A stretch of 64,000 bases of DNA from an uncultured virus (IMG/VR IMGVR_UViG_3300033553_000824). Its lineage: Duplodnaviria > Heunggongvirae > Uroviricota > Caudoviricetes. Where the stretch lies: IMG/VR virus record IMGVR_UViG_3300033553_000824; one strand, given 5' to 3'. A program made the translations under genes and the position numbers. Shown here in pieces: positions 19,712 through 29,808 of the stretch. How positions within the stretch are numbered: position 1 is the first letter of the stretch; each line of letters starts with the position of its first letter. The notes under the pieces are model-generated. The model had not been told where the DNA came from. It was given only the letters and a program-made list of their open reading frames with translations, and did no database searches.

Positions 19712-21565
19712 TTACGTTTCTTCGCCCATGACACCGGATATCCTACGATAGCCTTTGCTGATAATTGTGTTGAGCTCTTTCTCCGCATCAACCCTCGTCG
19801 CCGCGTCACTTTCGCTGACCAGCACTTTCATAAGCTCCAGTATTTTCTCATAATCTGCTACTGAAAACGTAGAAGATTTAAGTAGCGGCACTTGGGAGAT
19901 GCTACCTTTCACATGTTTCAGAGGTTGATTAAAAATAGTATAATACATGCGCTGATAAATATCAGAGTTAAGAACAGCTGCCACATATAAAAGGTTATCT
20001 GTTTCTGGGATAAGAAAATTACAGCTGTTAAGAGTTAATGTTCCTTTATCGTCCACACAGAACATAAGTTTCTTACCAATAAAATTATAAACAATTTTGG
20101 TTCTCTTATATAACCCAAGAGGAGCTTTCTGACGCATATCATCAAACTTCCCGTTCAGGAACCTGGTAGAAGACAACCGGTTAACTCTGTACGGTTCAGT
20201 GATGTTCTTTCCTGTAAGAACAGGTAACCTGTTCACCTTATCTGTGAGGAACTTTTTGTTATCACCAGTCACAATACCTAAACCCCAAGAGGTGTTCTCA
20301 GTGTTTAGATAAAACACGTGAGGTGACTTCTTTAGTGAACTTATGAGTTTCATTGTTTCGTCAGAAGCGAACAGATAGAAGTTGTTGTTAACAGCTTCCA
20401 AATATTCCCCCTGTAAAATAGTTCTGTCGGATGACAGCAGACCAGGGTGCACAAGACTAACCTTATCTGTACTCAACGAAACTTTGTTCCCAGGAAAACC
20501 ATTTCCTTTAATCCCAGTTAGCTGAACAGCCGGGGTCATTACTTTATCGAAAGCCCCACAATAATGCCGGATGCTTAATAACTGGTCGTTTATTAAAATG
20601 TGTTCACGGATATTCTGATGTCTTACAACATTCGTTACACTCTCAGGTAAAGTAACAGTGAACTGCCCACCGTCCTTCAACCAAGCTAAAATGTTATGAA
20701 CACCAACCGCGAACGTCTCATAATTATATGAAATGCCCAACTGTCCAGAAGGCCCCCATTCCCGTTTAGAGAGCTTAGCGCCCCAAGGAGGGTTAGTTAC
20801 CACAATGTCTAACTTGAAGTCGCCCACCGAGCTCACAGCAGCTAAAGAGTTCATCTCTACTGCGTTCAACACTATGTTCGGGTCGCCATAAAACTTAGAG
20901 AGTAAGAAAATATTATATTGAGCGATAAGTAAAGCAACCGGGTCTATATCACCAGCCCAGAACATACTTGGAGATACCTTAACACCAAGTTCTTTTAACT
21001 TCTGAACCATAAAAATAAGGTACCTACCTGAACCACTGAACGGATCACAAATCTTTGTAGTGTCAGTAACGTTGTCATAGTTAAGTTCAGAAACAGCTTT
21101 CATGATTATCTTCTCAGGGGTGTAATAAACCCCACCGATGTTCTTATCCTTCTCAAACAATATAGCCTCATAAAGAACACCCACCGCATCAACAACTCCA
21201 GGTATTATAAGGTCACGCGCAGAGGTAGCTACAAGTGTTATTGTTTCAGGGGTAACAGCTTCCCTCAACGCAGAAGGCAACTCCGCCAACAAAACACCAC
21301 GCTTCGTAGCATCCAAAACCACAGCCAACAACACAGCGTCTTTAGAAGACAAGTTATGTTTCTCAACGAAATCCACAAAACTAACTATAGTAACAAAATC
21401 TGTGTCCCCTAAAACCGTTTTAGGGATACTCTTACGTAAAGACATAGTTTTATTAGCCCCACGAGTCAACCGGGTGGCTTTAAGAGCATCCAAAGTCAGA
21501 GCACCATGAGTATCCGCGCCAGCTTTCAACCAGTTGCTCAACGTGCCCCCAGAAACGCTACTCAT
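19712..21565 (-). CDS. N6-adenine DNA methyltransferase (gamma class, TaqI-like C-terminal recognition domain)
   Basis: GVYYTP, DPFSGSG (motif I), GDID, NPPW (motif IV), AVLNS. Confidence 0.88.
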   Translation of the reverse strand: MSSVSGGTLSNWLKAGADTHGALTLDALKATRLTRGANKTMSLRKSIPKTVLGDTDFVTIVSFVDFVEKHNLSSKDAVLLAVVLDATKRGVLLAELPSALREAVTPETITLVATSARDLIIPGVVDAVGVLYEAILFEKDKNIGGVYYTPEKIIMKAVSELNYDNVTDTTKICDPFSGSGRYLIFMVQKLKELGVKVSPSMFWAGDIDPVALLIAQYNIFLLSKFYGDPNIVLNAVEMNSLAAVSSVGDFKLDIVVTNPPWGAKLSKREWGPSGQLGISYNYETFAVGVHNILAWLKDGGQFTVTLPESVTNVVRHQNIREHILINDQLLSIRHYCGAFDKVMTPAVQLTGIKGNGFPGNKVSLSTDKVSLVHPGLLSSDRTILQGEYLEAVNNNFYLFASDETMKLISSLKKSPHVFYLNTENTSWGLGIVTGDNKKFLTDKVNRLPVLTGKNITEPYRVNRLSSTRFLNGKFDDMRQKAPLGLYKRTKIVYNFIGKKLMFCVDDKGTLTLNSCNFLIPETDNLLYVAAVLNSDIYQRMYYTIFNQPLKHVKGSISQVPLLKSSTFSVADYEKILELMKVLVSESDAATRVDAEKELNTIISKGYRRISGVMGEET

Positions 21566-21739
21566 ATGCTGGCATCTCTTTTCGCTTGCAGGGTCAAATG
21601 GCCCTACTGTTTGCTATATCGGAAATACGACCATCAGTAGAATAACAACAACCGAACGCTTAGTATGGGTACATAGAACGTTAGTAAATAAGCAATCCAT
21701 TACCATAAACACAGAACAGGCTAAATAAAAGGAAAATAA

Positions 21740-22048
21740 ATGATCAGGAACAGACCTTTCTTCCCCAAAGAAAACATCAACCTTATCGGAACTGTAAGTG
21801 ACAACGGCGATATCAGCAGTTGGTCTCTGATAGGTGCTTTCGCTAACCCCGACACTAAACAGTTCTTTTACGCGACAGATGGCGGATGCTCCTGCTCCGA
21901 ATCTTGGGAGCTAACCAAATCAGGGGCTGACCTGACACCAGTCACACACCAGGAACTTGTTAACAAAATACGAAACTGGAGTAAAGACAGAGGTATCTCC
22001 GACATGACTGTGAATGAACTATTAGATGCGATACAGAAGATACGTTAG
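21740..22048 (+). CDS. Phage-type hypothetical protein (GCSC family)
   Basis: NPDTKQFFYA.D.GCSC shared with the next gene. Confidence 0.75.
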   Translation: MIRNRPFFPKENINLIGTVSDNGDISSWSLIGAFANPDTKQFFYATDGGCSCSESWELTKSGADLTPVTHQELVNKIRNWSKDRGISDMTVNELLDAIQKIR

Positions 22049-22079
22049 AAAAACCACTTAAACACAAAGAGGTAACCAA

Positions 22080-22412
22080 ATGATAATAAACCAACCATTC
22101 ATCAGAGAAGAAAACATAAACATTATAGGCACAGCAAACGAACCAGGAGCAGGATACGACTGGTCCACATTCGGGGTTTTTATAAACCCAGACACCAAAC
22201 AGTTCTTCTACGCGAAAGACAGCGGCTGTTCCTGCAACTCCCCATGGGATAATTACACATCAGGTGCTGACCTGACACCCGCCACACCAGGGCAAATCAT
22301 CACAGAACTCCGCAACTGGGCTCCACGAAACACATCAGCTGATGACGAAGCGAACGAACTCATAGATGAAATAAATAAAACAAAAACACAGAAAGGTAAC
22401 TACAGTATATAG
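22080..22412 (+). CDS. Phage-type hypothetical protein (GCSC family)
   Basis: Tandem paralog. Confidence 0.75.
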   Translation: MIINQPFIREENINIIGTANEPGAGYDWSTFGVFINPDTKQFFYAKDSGCSCNSPWDNYTSGADLTPATPGQIITELRNWAPRNTSADDEANELIDEINKTKTQKGNYSI

Positions 22413-22460
22413 TTAACTTACAACACGAGATTAACGTAAACTCACAAAGGAAATAATATT

Positions 22461-22742
22461 ATGGGAAACACAGAAATTGACGAAGCAGCAGCAGTTGAAA
22501 CTCTCAACAAATGGTTAAACGAGAACGGAAGCCAAGATGCCAAAACAACAGTAAACGACTGGGCATGCCATAAAATAGATGATGCGATTATGCTCTACCC
22601 CACCGCCGGTAAGCGAGCCAACCGCGTATACCTTGTAAGAGGTGACAACGTTATACCCTACTCACCATACACGGGAAAACCTTCCTGTGTTGTCTATCAG
22701 GAACCCTCTTTAAAGCATATAGCTAGTGTACAGCACGATTAA
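22461..22742 (+). CDS. Hypothetical protein, tandem duplicate of 22769-23023
   Basis: Near-identical N-terminus and upstream DNA; C-terminus diverges. Confidence 0.7.
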   Translation: MGNTEIDEAAAVETLNKWLNENGSQDAKTTVNDWACHKIDDAIMLYPTAGKRANRVYLVRGDNVIPYSPYTGKPSCVVYQEPSLKHIASVQHD

Positions 22743-22768
22743 CATAAACTAACAAAGGAAATAATATC

Positions 22769-23023
22769 ATGGGAAACATAGAACTCGAAGGAGCAGCAGC
22801 AGTTGAAACTCTCAACAAATGGCTGAACAACAACGGAGGCCAAGATGTCAAAACAACAGTGAACGACTGGGTGTGGCATAAAATAGATGATGCGATTTTG
22901 TTCTCCCCCATCGGCGGTAGGCGGTCCAACCGCTTATATCTTGTAAAAGGTGACAAAGTTGTAGCTTACTCACCATCAGTAACGACTTTCAACCAAGCAT
23001 ACGTTAAACTAATAGAACACTAA
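22769..23023 (+). CDS. Hypothetical protein
   Basis: AAAVETLNKWLN.NG.QD.KTTVNDW. Confidence 0.75.
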   Translation: MGNIELEGAAAVETLNKWLNNNGGQDVKTTVNDWVWHKIDDAILFSPIGGRRSNRLYLVKGDKVVAYSPSVTTFNQAYVKLIEH

Positions 23024-23119
23024 CCACACCAGCTGTATAGGCACTCCCCAGATAGTTTCTAAATCCATAAACTAAAAACAACGTTAGAGTAAAACTAATT
23101 AACAAAAACAGGAGAAACA

Positions 23120-23518
23120 ATGAGTAACAAAACGTTATCTGATAAAGAAATGGTCACAGCCATCAACGAATTCCATGAAGATGACACCCTGCGTTTTATC
23201 AACGGAATATTACCGCAAATTTCAGATAAAAAAATAACCACAATAGTTTATGACGACCAAGAGGGCTATTACCTATTCATAGACCCAGATGGCGTAATTT
23301 ACATCCGTGAAGACATAACCGGCAGACAAACACTCACCGCCCAAGGGGCGCTTGAATCTGAAACCAAACTCCGAGAATATGATCTGGTTGGGAATTTCAA
23401 CAAAAGGTTCAAAACAGTAACACCAAAAAACTACACCACTGAGCCCTACGATACTATTTTAGAAGCAGCACTAAAATCAGGTGGCAAATGGGTAAAACTA
23501 AAACAGGAGAGTAAATAA
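23120..23518 (+). CDS. Hypothetical protein, LSDKEMV family
   Basis: Paralog of 4512 and 23518. Confidence 0.75.
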   Translation: MSNKTLSDKEMVTAINEFHEDDTLRFINGILPQISDKKITTIVYDDQEGYYLFIDPDGVIYIREDITGRQTLTAQGALESETKLREYDLVGNFNKRFKTVTPKNYTTEPYDTILEAALKSGGKWVKLKQESK

Positions 23519-23907
23519 TGGGTAACAAAACATTATCTGATAAAGAAATGGTCACAGCCATCAACGAGTTCTGCAAAGGAGACACAGTTCCCTTCATAAA
23601 TAAAACATTACCGTTAACTGCAGGTAAAAACATAACCACAATAGCTTACAACAGTTCAGAAGACGCTTACTTACTCATAGACACAAACGGCAAAATCCAT
23701 ATCCGTGAAGAGCCAGTTGGTAAGCAAATAACCGACATCCTCCAAATGGCATTCAACACTGAAGCTAAGCTCCGAAAATATGACCTAACAGGGAATTTCA
23801 ACAAAAGGTTCGAAATAATAGCACCAAAAGACAACACCACCGAGACTTACAGTATTTTCTTAGAAGCAACACAAAAATCAGGTAACAAATGGGTGAAACT
23901 AAAATAA
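23518..23907 (+). CDS. Hypothetical protein, LSDKEMV family
   Basis: TAATG overlap with the previous paralog. Confidence 0.75.
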   Translation: MGNKTLSDKEMVTAINEFCKGDTVPFINKTLPLTAGKNITTIAYNSSEDAYLLIDTNGKIHIREEPVGKQITDILQMAFNTEAKLRKYDLTGNFNKRFEIIAPKDNTTETYSIFLEATQKSGNKWVKLK

Positions 23908-23964
23908 ACAAAAACACTAGTTACCAAAAATCCACCCAACTAAAAACAAAACGGAGTTAACAAA

Positions 23965-24231
23965 ATGAGAGCAAAACTCGAAAATGATGAAATAATTGTA
24001 TTAGGGCAAGAGAAATGCTGCTCAATGGGAGTGTGGAACATCTCCGCCAGGAAAGCCACTATCCACGGTAACATACTTCTTGGCGACCCCGGCGCTAAAA
24101 CCAAATGGGTGACACGCTACTGCTACCGACATGTAGACGAAGGCGTAGAACTACTCAGAGGGCAATTCAAAGGCGAATATCTCTTCGCCGTTACCAGAGA
24201 AACCTCAGATGCCTACTCTAACGACAGGTAA
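23965..24231 (+). CDS. Hypothetical protein
   Basis: GGAG RBS. Confidence 0.6.
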   Translation: MRAKLENDEIIVLGQEKCCSMGVWNISARKATIHGNILLGDPGAKTKWVTRYCYRHVDEGVELLRGQFKGEYLFAVTRETSDAYSNDR

Positions 24232-24327
24232 AATAGAGAAGGCTAATTCCCTATATAGATAATCATACTCAATCAGATAGGCTCAAACCAGACCGCATCA
24301 ACTACGACACAGAAATAAGGAACTAAC

Positions 24328-24465
24328 ATGAATGAATTCGGGGAAACACCAAGCATCTACGTTTGGCCCAAGAACCACGAGGAAGGCGAACCATTCCCAG
24401 AGGACTTCCGAGACCGACTAGACAAAGCGCTCGAAGCTGCAGGAATAGACTGGGAATACGTCTAA
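24328..24465 (+). CDS. Small hypothetical protein (45 aa)
   Basis: Manual translation MNEFGETPSIYVWP...AGIDWEYV; AAGGA RBS. Confidence 0.55.
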   Translation: MNEFGETPSIYVWPKNHEEGEPFPEDFRDRLDKALEAAGIDWEYV

Positions 24466-24641
24466 GAACCTCGCCTCACACAAAGCTGTTCCCCGCTCAT
24501 ACAGAGCCGGATGGCGAAAAGAGACATGCTTTGCTGCGCTTAGACATTTATATTTTTATGCGCACTTAACCTGCTGTAATAGTACCGATATTTGTTTTAA
24601 CAGGTATCCCCGTTTAATGGGTAAATAGTTTAAGGCTTTTT

Positions 24642-27600
24642 ATGACAGAGAATATTGAAGCAGCAACTAGTGTTTTAGATCCTCTTGTGGCGCAGCCTCT
24701 GAACCCTTATACTTATAAGCTCATTTATTGTTACACAGTTCCGGGCTCTTCGAGTCATGAGGGTTTATGTAAGATAGGTAAAACGAATTTCTCTACGAAC
24801 CGCCCTTTCGGTTCTTTAAGCCAAGATGAGATTGATGATTTGGTGAGTGTCGCAGCTGATAATCGCATTAAGCAGCAGCGGGGAACTATTAGTGTTAAAA
24901 CTCAAACCCATTGGGTTGAGAGTGTCGCTGGGTTGGCTGTAAGTAAATCATCTAGTGAACCGGATAATGTTTTCCGTCGTTGGTTGGAGCTTAAAGGCTA
25001 TAAGCAGGGTAGACCTAATGGGAGTGAAGGTACAGAATGGATGTATATCAGTCCTGAGGAAGCTCATGAGAAGTTTCAGGAGTTCAGTGCTGAAATGTCA
25101 TCGAAAGATGATGCCCTTAAACTTTCTTCAGAGTATCCAGCGGTTGTCCTCAGGAAAGAGCAGCAGCACTTTGTTGATAATACAACGGAAGCTTGGGAGA
25201 AAGGTCGGGAGGAGCGCCTGTGGTTCGCTAAGATGCGTTTCGGTAAAACAATCACAGCTTACTCTTTCTTGAAGAACATCCTACAGAAAGAGAACGCCCC
25301 TAAACGTATGTTAGTTCTCACTCACAGACCAGTTGTTAATGACGGTTGGCATAAGGATTTCCAGAAAGTTATGCAAGGTACCAACTGGGAGTACAGCAGT
25401 AAAGAACTGTCGGATGCTAAAAAATATGGGAACTCCAGAACCAAAACATTAAAGGAACTCGAAAAGAACAACACCCCGTACACCTATTTTGTGAGCATGC
25501 AGGATCTTCGCGGTAAAGACAAAATGTATAACAGTTTCAAACAAACCAACAAAGATATTTTTGACACCCCTTGGGATATTGTCATCATTGATGAAGCTCA
25601 CGAAGGTAACAGTACCGAACTGGCAGAACAGGTTCATGAGGGGCTTAACCGTAAATTCACTTTGTATCTCTCAGGAACCCCTTACAAACTTGTTGGTGGA
25701 GAAAGGTTCCCTCAAGAAGACATTGACACTTGGGATTACACTGATGAGCAAGAAGCTAAAGAACTGTGGGATACAAATCACCCGCATCTCGATAACCCCT
25801 ATGCTGTGCTACCTCAAATGTGGATCAACACTTTAGATATCCGTAAGAAACTCAAAGAAGAAATCCAAGAGGAATTCATTACAGAGAACGAAGACTCGGC
25901 GTTCGACTTTAATAAGTTCTTCGAAACTAAAGACGGTAAAACTTTCACCAATGAGAAGCACATACTCGGGTTCCTCAAACAAATCAAAGGCCCCGAAAGC
26001 AACAAAGGGTTCATGCCTTTCTCACCGCAACGACAACATCTCCTCAACCACACTTTATGGGCCCTCCCCAGCGTTAAAGCTTGTAAAGCAATGGAAGCAC
26101 TACTCAACCAACATGAGTTCTACTCAAAATACACAATACTGAACGTCTCAGGTGACGACGAAGCTGAAAGTAAAGCCCACCTCAACAAAGTTGAGAAAGC
26201 CATAAGCGACAAACCCAACGAAACTAAAACCATCACCCTCACTGTGGGTAGGTTAACAACAGGTGTTTCTATTCCAGCTTGGGTTGGTGTTCTTATGTTA
26301 AGGAACACTAACAGCCCGGAATTGTATATGCAAACTATTTTCCGCGTACAAACCCCGCACGAGTTAGATGGTGCCCGTAAAGAACACTGTTATGTTTGGG
26401 ATTTCGCTCCTGACCGTGTGCTAAAAGTGTTCACGGAAGCTAACGACATTTCAACTAAAGCAGGCGGGGCGACCTCTAATGACGGGCGTTTCAGCGAAGC
26501 GAACAAACGGAGCCTCAACAAACTCCTTAAGTACCTTCCAATTATTTCACGTACAACTTCAGAGGATTTACGTTTCGATGATGCTGGCAAAATTCTACGT
26601 CAACTCAAAAGAATATATGCTGAACGTGTCACCCGTTCAGGGTTCGACACTAACTTACTGTTCATAAAAGACCTGGGTGTTTTAACCCCAGAAATCCGTG
26701 AAGCTATAGAAGAAATCAGACAAACCAGCGGCAGCTCAACAAGTACCTCAAATAAACTTGATAAGAACATCACCATCGCTGCGAACGGTATGTTAGGTGG
26801 TAAAGATAAAACCACCCCACCAACAGATGAGGAGCTTGAAGCTCAAAGGAAAGAGCTCATACAGAGTTTGAAAGAGCCAGCGCTCACTGAAGAAGACAAA
26901 ACGGTTCTAAAAGAACAGAAAGAAGCTGTCAACAAAGAACAACAAGAGCGTTCACAGATCCGTAATGTTCTAAAAACCATTAGCGTAAGAATACCTTACA
27001 TGGTTATGGCGTTAATGTCAGACCAGCATTTCAAGAGAAACAAACTGGAAGATAACTTCACAATGAAAGAATTCGCTGATGCCATAGATGACGAATCTTG
27101 GAAAGAGTTCTTCGGTACTATAACTAAAGAAACTTTCAAAATGCTTGAACCTGCTTTTGACGCTGAAGTTCTACAAGTGTCAGTGAAAGACTGGATAGAC
27201 CAAACCGAGAAAGCTGTTAACCTACGTAACACAGATGTAGATGAATATATTAAAAGTATTCGTGAGCTGATGCTGAAAGTTAAAAACCCGAACAAAGAAA
27301 CAGTGCTCACACCCTTCGGCGTTGTAGAAATGGTTTACCATGCTGCCGGGTTCACCAATGATAAAACCGGGCAAAAGAAATGGGCTGAAACTCTCAAAAT
27401 GAAAGAACGCCAACACGTGGATGGTAACCATGAGAAACGACACCGCAGTTTTTATGATATTAACGTAAAAACAGGGTTCTTCCCACTCTACGCAGCATGG
27501 CAGCTTAGTAAAGCAGCGCAAAACAAATACGGCGACAAAGCATACAGTTGGGATAAAATATGTGACGAGCTAATATACGCTAACAGTCGCACCCTCGCAG

Positions 27601-29126
27601 CCAAATGGGTTACCTGCACACTCCTAGGTAAACCACGCGAATGGGACCACATCACCGTCATCGATGTCATAAAAGAGTTAGAGCAAGACGATATAAAAGA
27701 AAACTACAAATATTTCCAAGTGGGATACAAACTCACAAAACAATGGCAATCGAAAGGCAAACAACTCACAGATGAGCAGCTTCTTGAACGGATAGAACAA
27801 ACAGAAGTAAAAGTTAAAGAATACAGCAAAACATTAAATGAGAAAGTTAAGGCAGGCGACATGACAAGACAAGAGAAAGAGGAAGCTGTGAACACCAAAC
27901 GCAGCGAACTCACACAAGAGCTTGCTGACAACATAACAGACTTCAAATTCGATTACACTATCAGCAACCCGCCATATCAGATAGTCATGAATACAGCTAC
28001 GGGAAAGGCGTTTCCTATATGGCAAGAATTTATTTGGGTCGCCAATAGTAACTCTCGAAACATGGCTTTTATAAACCCAGCAAGATGGCTTAAGGGAGGC
28101 CAGGGAACAGGTTTGCTGCCAGTTAAAAACTGGCTACTAAGTAACCCTCATCTGAAAGAATTTATTACTATGCCTGGGGGAGAAGTATTTCCAAGTGCTG
28201 GAATAGCAGGCGGAGTGTCTATCGAAATTATTAACAACGGAGAAGAGTATGATAACCCATTACGAGGAGAATGGTCACCAGCTTCACAAAAGTGGATACA
28301 AAAACTAGCACCATATATACGAACAGAAGGCATAGATATTTCCCTTAACCCTGCAGATGAGGTTCTAATATCTAAAATTTTAGTTGCTAATATAGGTCCT
28401 AGTGTAGAGAGGAAGCTGTGGGTTGGAGGTCAGGATAACTCGGTAAAGGCTAAATCAAAGCATTCTGAATATGATAGTAACCGAGACTATACGCTGATGG
28501 GGCCCCGCCTGATTAGAGACACTCACTATTTTATTCTTGAGGAGGAAAAGCAAGCTGGACTTGACTATGTTAAAATCTGGTATAATGATAGGAGTCCTAA
28601 AGCAAGATTCTTACCGCGAGATGAATTCGTAGATAATGATATAAATAATAGTAGAATCCCTACTTGGAAAGCGCTAGTCCCCAAGACTAATGCTCATTTT
28701 ATTTACCGTAATCTTGGGCCTATCGGTGAACCCAGCTCCCTATCAACTAACACTTGGAACTGTATTAGCTTTGATAGCGAAGAAGAAGTTAAGAGTTATT
28801 ATTCTTACCTTAAAACGTACTTCTATCGTTACCTTATTAGCACCCGCACGGTATCCCATAACGCTTTAGCTAATGCTCACCGTTTCATTCCGGACCTGGT
28901 TGACATAGTTAACCCCCGCACCGGGAAGAAAGGCTACGAGTCTGATTGGACTGATGATGATTTACGTATCATTTTCAAAGATGTGCTAACGGATGACGAT
29001 TGGCGTTACATTAAGAAGAAAGCTGTTGAAGCTGATGGTGGCAAAGGTGATTATGAAGCCGGTTGGAAGTTTCCTGACGGTAGCAAACATAGTTCTTTAG
29101 TGCTCAAAGAAGATGTTGATGAGTGA
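24642..29126 (+). CDS. Fused nuclease (T5orf172/GIY-YIG-like), SF2 helicase and Eco57I-like adenine methylase/recognition domain; restriction-modification-like enzyme
   Basis: LIYCY...CKIGKT...RIKQQ...GTEW; AKMRFGKT, LTHRP, IIDEAH, LSGTP, QTIFRVQ; ETVLTP, DINVKTG, ISNPPYQ. Confidence 0.85.
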   Translation: MTENIEAATSVLDPLVAQPLNPYTYKLIYCYTVPGSSSHEGLCKIGKTNFSTNRPFGSLSQDEIDDLVSVAADNRIKQQRGTISVKTQTHWVESVAGLAVSKSSSEPDNVFRRWLELKGYKQGRPNGSEGTEWMYISPEEAHEKFQEFSAEMSSKDDALKLSSEYPAVVLRKEQQHFVDNTTEAWEKGREERLWFAKMRFGKTITAYSFLKNILQKENAPKRMLVLTHRPVVNDGWHKDFQKVMQGTNWEYSSKELSDAKKYGNSRTKTLKELEKNNTPYTYFVSMQDLRGKDKMYNSFKQTNKDIFDTPWDIVIIDEAHEGNSTELAEQVHEGLNRKFTLYLSGTPYKLVGGERFPQEDIDTWDYTDEQEAKELWDTNHPHLDNPYAVLPQMWINTLDIRKKLKEEIQEEFITENEDSAFDFNKFFETKDGKTFTNEKHILGFLKQIKGPESNKGFMPFSPQRQHLLNHTLWALPSVKACKAMEALLNQHEFYSKYTILNVSGDDEAESKAHLNKVEKAISDKPNETKTITLTVGRLTTGVSIPAWVGVLMLRNTNSPELYMQTIFRVQTPHELDGARKEHCYVWDFAPDRVLKVFTEANDISTKAGGATSNDGRFSEANKRSLNKLLKYLPIISRTTSEDLRFDDAGKILRQLKRIYAERVTRSGFDTNLLFIKDLGVLTPEIREAIEEIRQTSGSSTSTSNKLDKNITIAANGMLGGKDKTTPPTDEELEAQRKELIQSLKEPALTEEDKTVLKEQKEAVNKEQQERSQIRNVLKTISVRIPYMVMALMSDQHFKRNKLEDNFTMKEFADAIDDESWKEFFGTITKETFKMLEPAFDAEVLQVSVKDWIDQTEKAVNLRNTDVDEYIKSIRELMLKVKNPNKETVLTPFGVVEMVYHAAGFTNDKTGQKKWAETLKMKERQHVDGNHEKRHRSFYDINVKTGFFPLYAAWQLSKAAQNKYGDKAYSWDKICDELIYANSRTLAAKWVTCTLLGKPREWDHITVIDVIKELEQDDIKENYKYFQVGYKLTKQWQSKGKQLTDEQLLERIEQTEVKVKEYSKTLNEKVKAGDMTRQEKEEAVNTKRSELTQELADNITDFKFDYTISNPPYQIVMNTATGKAFPIWQEFIWVANSNSRNMAFINPARWLKGGQGTGLLPVKNWLLSNPHLKEFITMPGGEVFPSAGIAGGVSIEIINNGEEYDNPLRGEWSPASQKWIQKLAPYIRTEGIDISLNPADEVLISKILVANIGPSVERKLWVGGQDNSVKAKSKHSEYDSNRDYTLMGPRLIRDTHYFILEEEKQAGLDYVKIWYNDRSPKARFLPRDEFVDNDINNSRIPTWKALVPKTNAHFIYRNLGPIGEPSSLSTNTWNCISFDSEEEVKSYYSYLKTYFYRYLISTRTVSHNALANAHRFIPDLVDIVNPRTGKKGYESDWTDDDLRIIFKDVLTDDDWRYIKKKAVEADGGKGDYEAGWKFPDGSKHSSLVLKEDVDE

Positions 29127-29763
29127 AGTACCTAGTGGCGACCGACTGTCAGGAGCCCAGTGGAGACGAATAAAGGGAAGTGTCAAATTTGTTAAGCTTT
29201 ATGTAAAAACGTATTTAAGATTCCTAGATAACTACAAACTCGAAAACATTAACTCTCGCAGTAGCGTGGAGAAAAATTTCGAAGATAAGCAATCGTTAGC
29301 TAATGACATGGTTTACCTGAAAGACAACAAAGCAGCTTTCTTTCGTTGTTTGAACGGCATTTTGAAGCAAGACCCTCCGGGCGGAATAATTGCTAGAAGA
29401 GATAAATCAGGACTTATTCCAATTAGAATAAGCTTGGAACAGGCTATAGGGTACCCGCTAAAGCCTGACGCCGCCGTGGACTTCCTGTTATTACGCGCGC
29501 CGGATGGTGGTATAAGTGTTCAGGCACTGAAAGAGAGCCTAGGTTCTATATTGGAAGTCAGTGAGGATTATATAATCGCGGCCCAAAAAAGGAAAAAAAG
29601 TATTGGATACTTTTTCGCTAATACGTTATCTATCTCGAAGGAAAGTGGCTCAAGTAATACAGCCGGAATAGGTTCTTGGATAAAACCGGTCATTATAGGT
29701 GTCGTCGTAGTGATCGTTTCGGCACTTATTCTCCCATGCTTAACAACATATTTTCCGGGTTAA
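29113..29763 (+). CDS. Hypothetical protein with C-terminal TM helix, inside the RM-like locus
   Basis: Overlaps the stop of the 1494-aa gene; hydrophobic C-terminus. Confidence 0.6.
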   Translation: MLMSEVPSGDRLSGAQWRRIKGSVKFVKLYVKTYLRFLDNYKLENINSRSSVEKNFEDKQSLANDMVYLKDNKAAFFRCLNGILKQDPPGGIIARRDKSGLIPIRISLEQAIGYPLKPDAAVDFLLLRAPDGGISVQALKESLGSILEVSEDYIIAAQKRKKSIGYFFANTLSISKESGSSNTAGIGSWIKPVIIGVVVVIVSALILPCLTTYFPG

Positions 29764-29808
29764 TAAGAGTGGTATAATTGACGAGAAGACAGGAGGTGTA
29801 TTAATATA

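Noticed and set aside
24955..28333. Numerous short alternative-frame and antisense ORFs inside the 1494-aa gene (and similar shadows elsewhere)
   Set aside because: They overlap a well-supported long CDS and lack an RBS or motifs.
24642..29126. Cas3-like helicase serving the array
   Set aside because: No HD domain; it carries an NPPY methylase region and RM-type helicase motifs instead.
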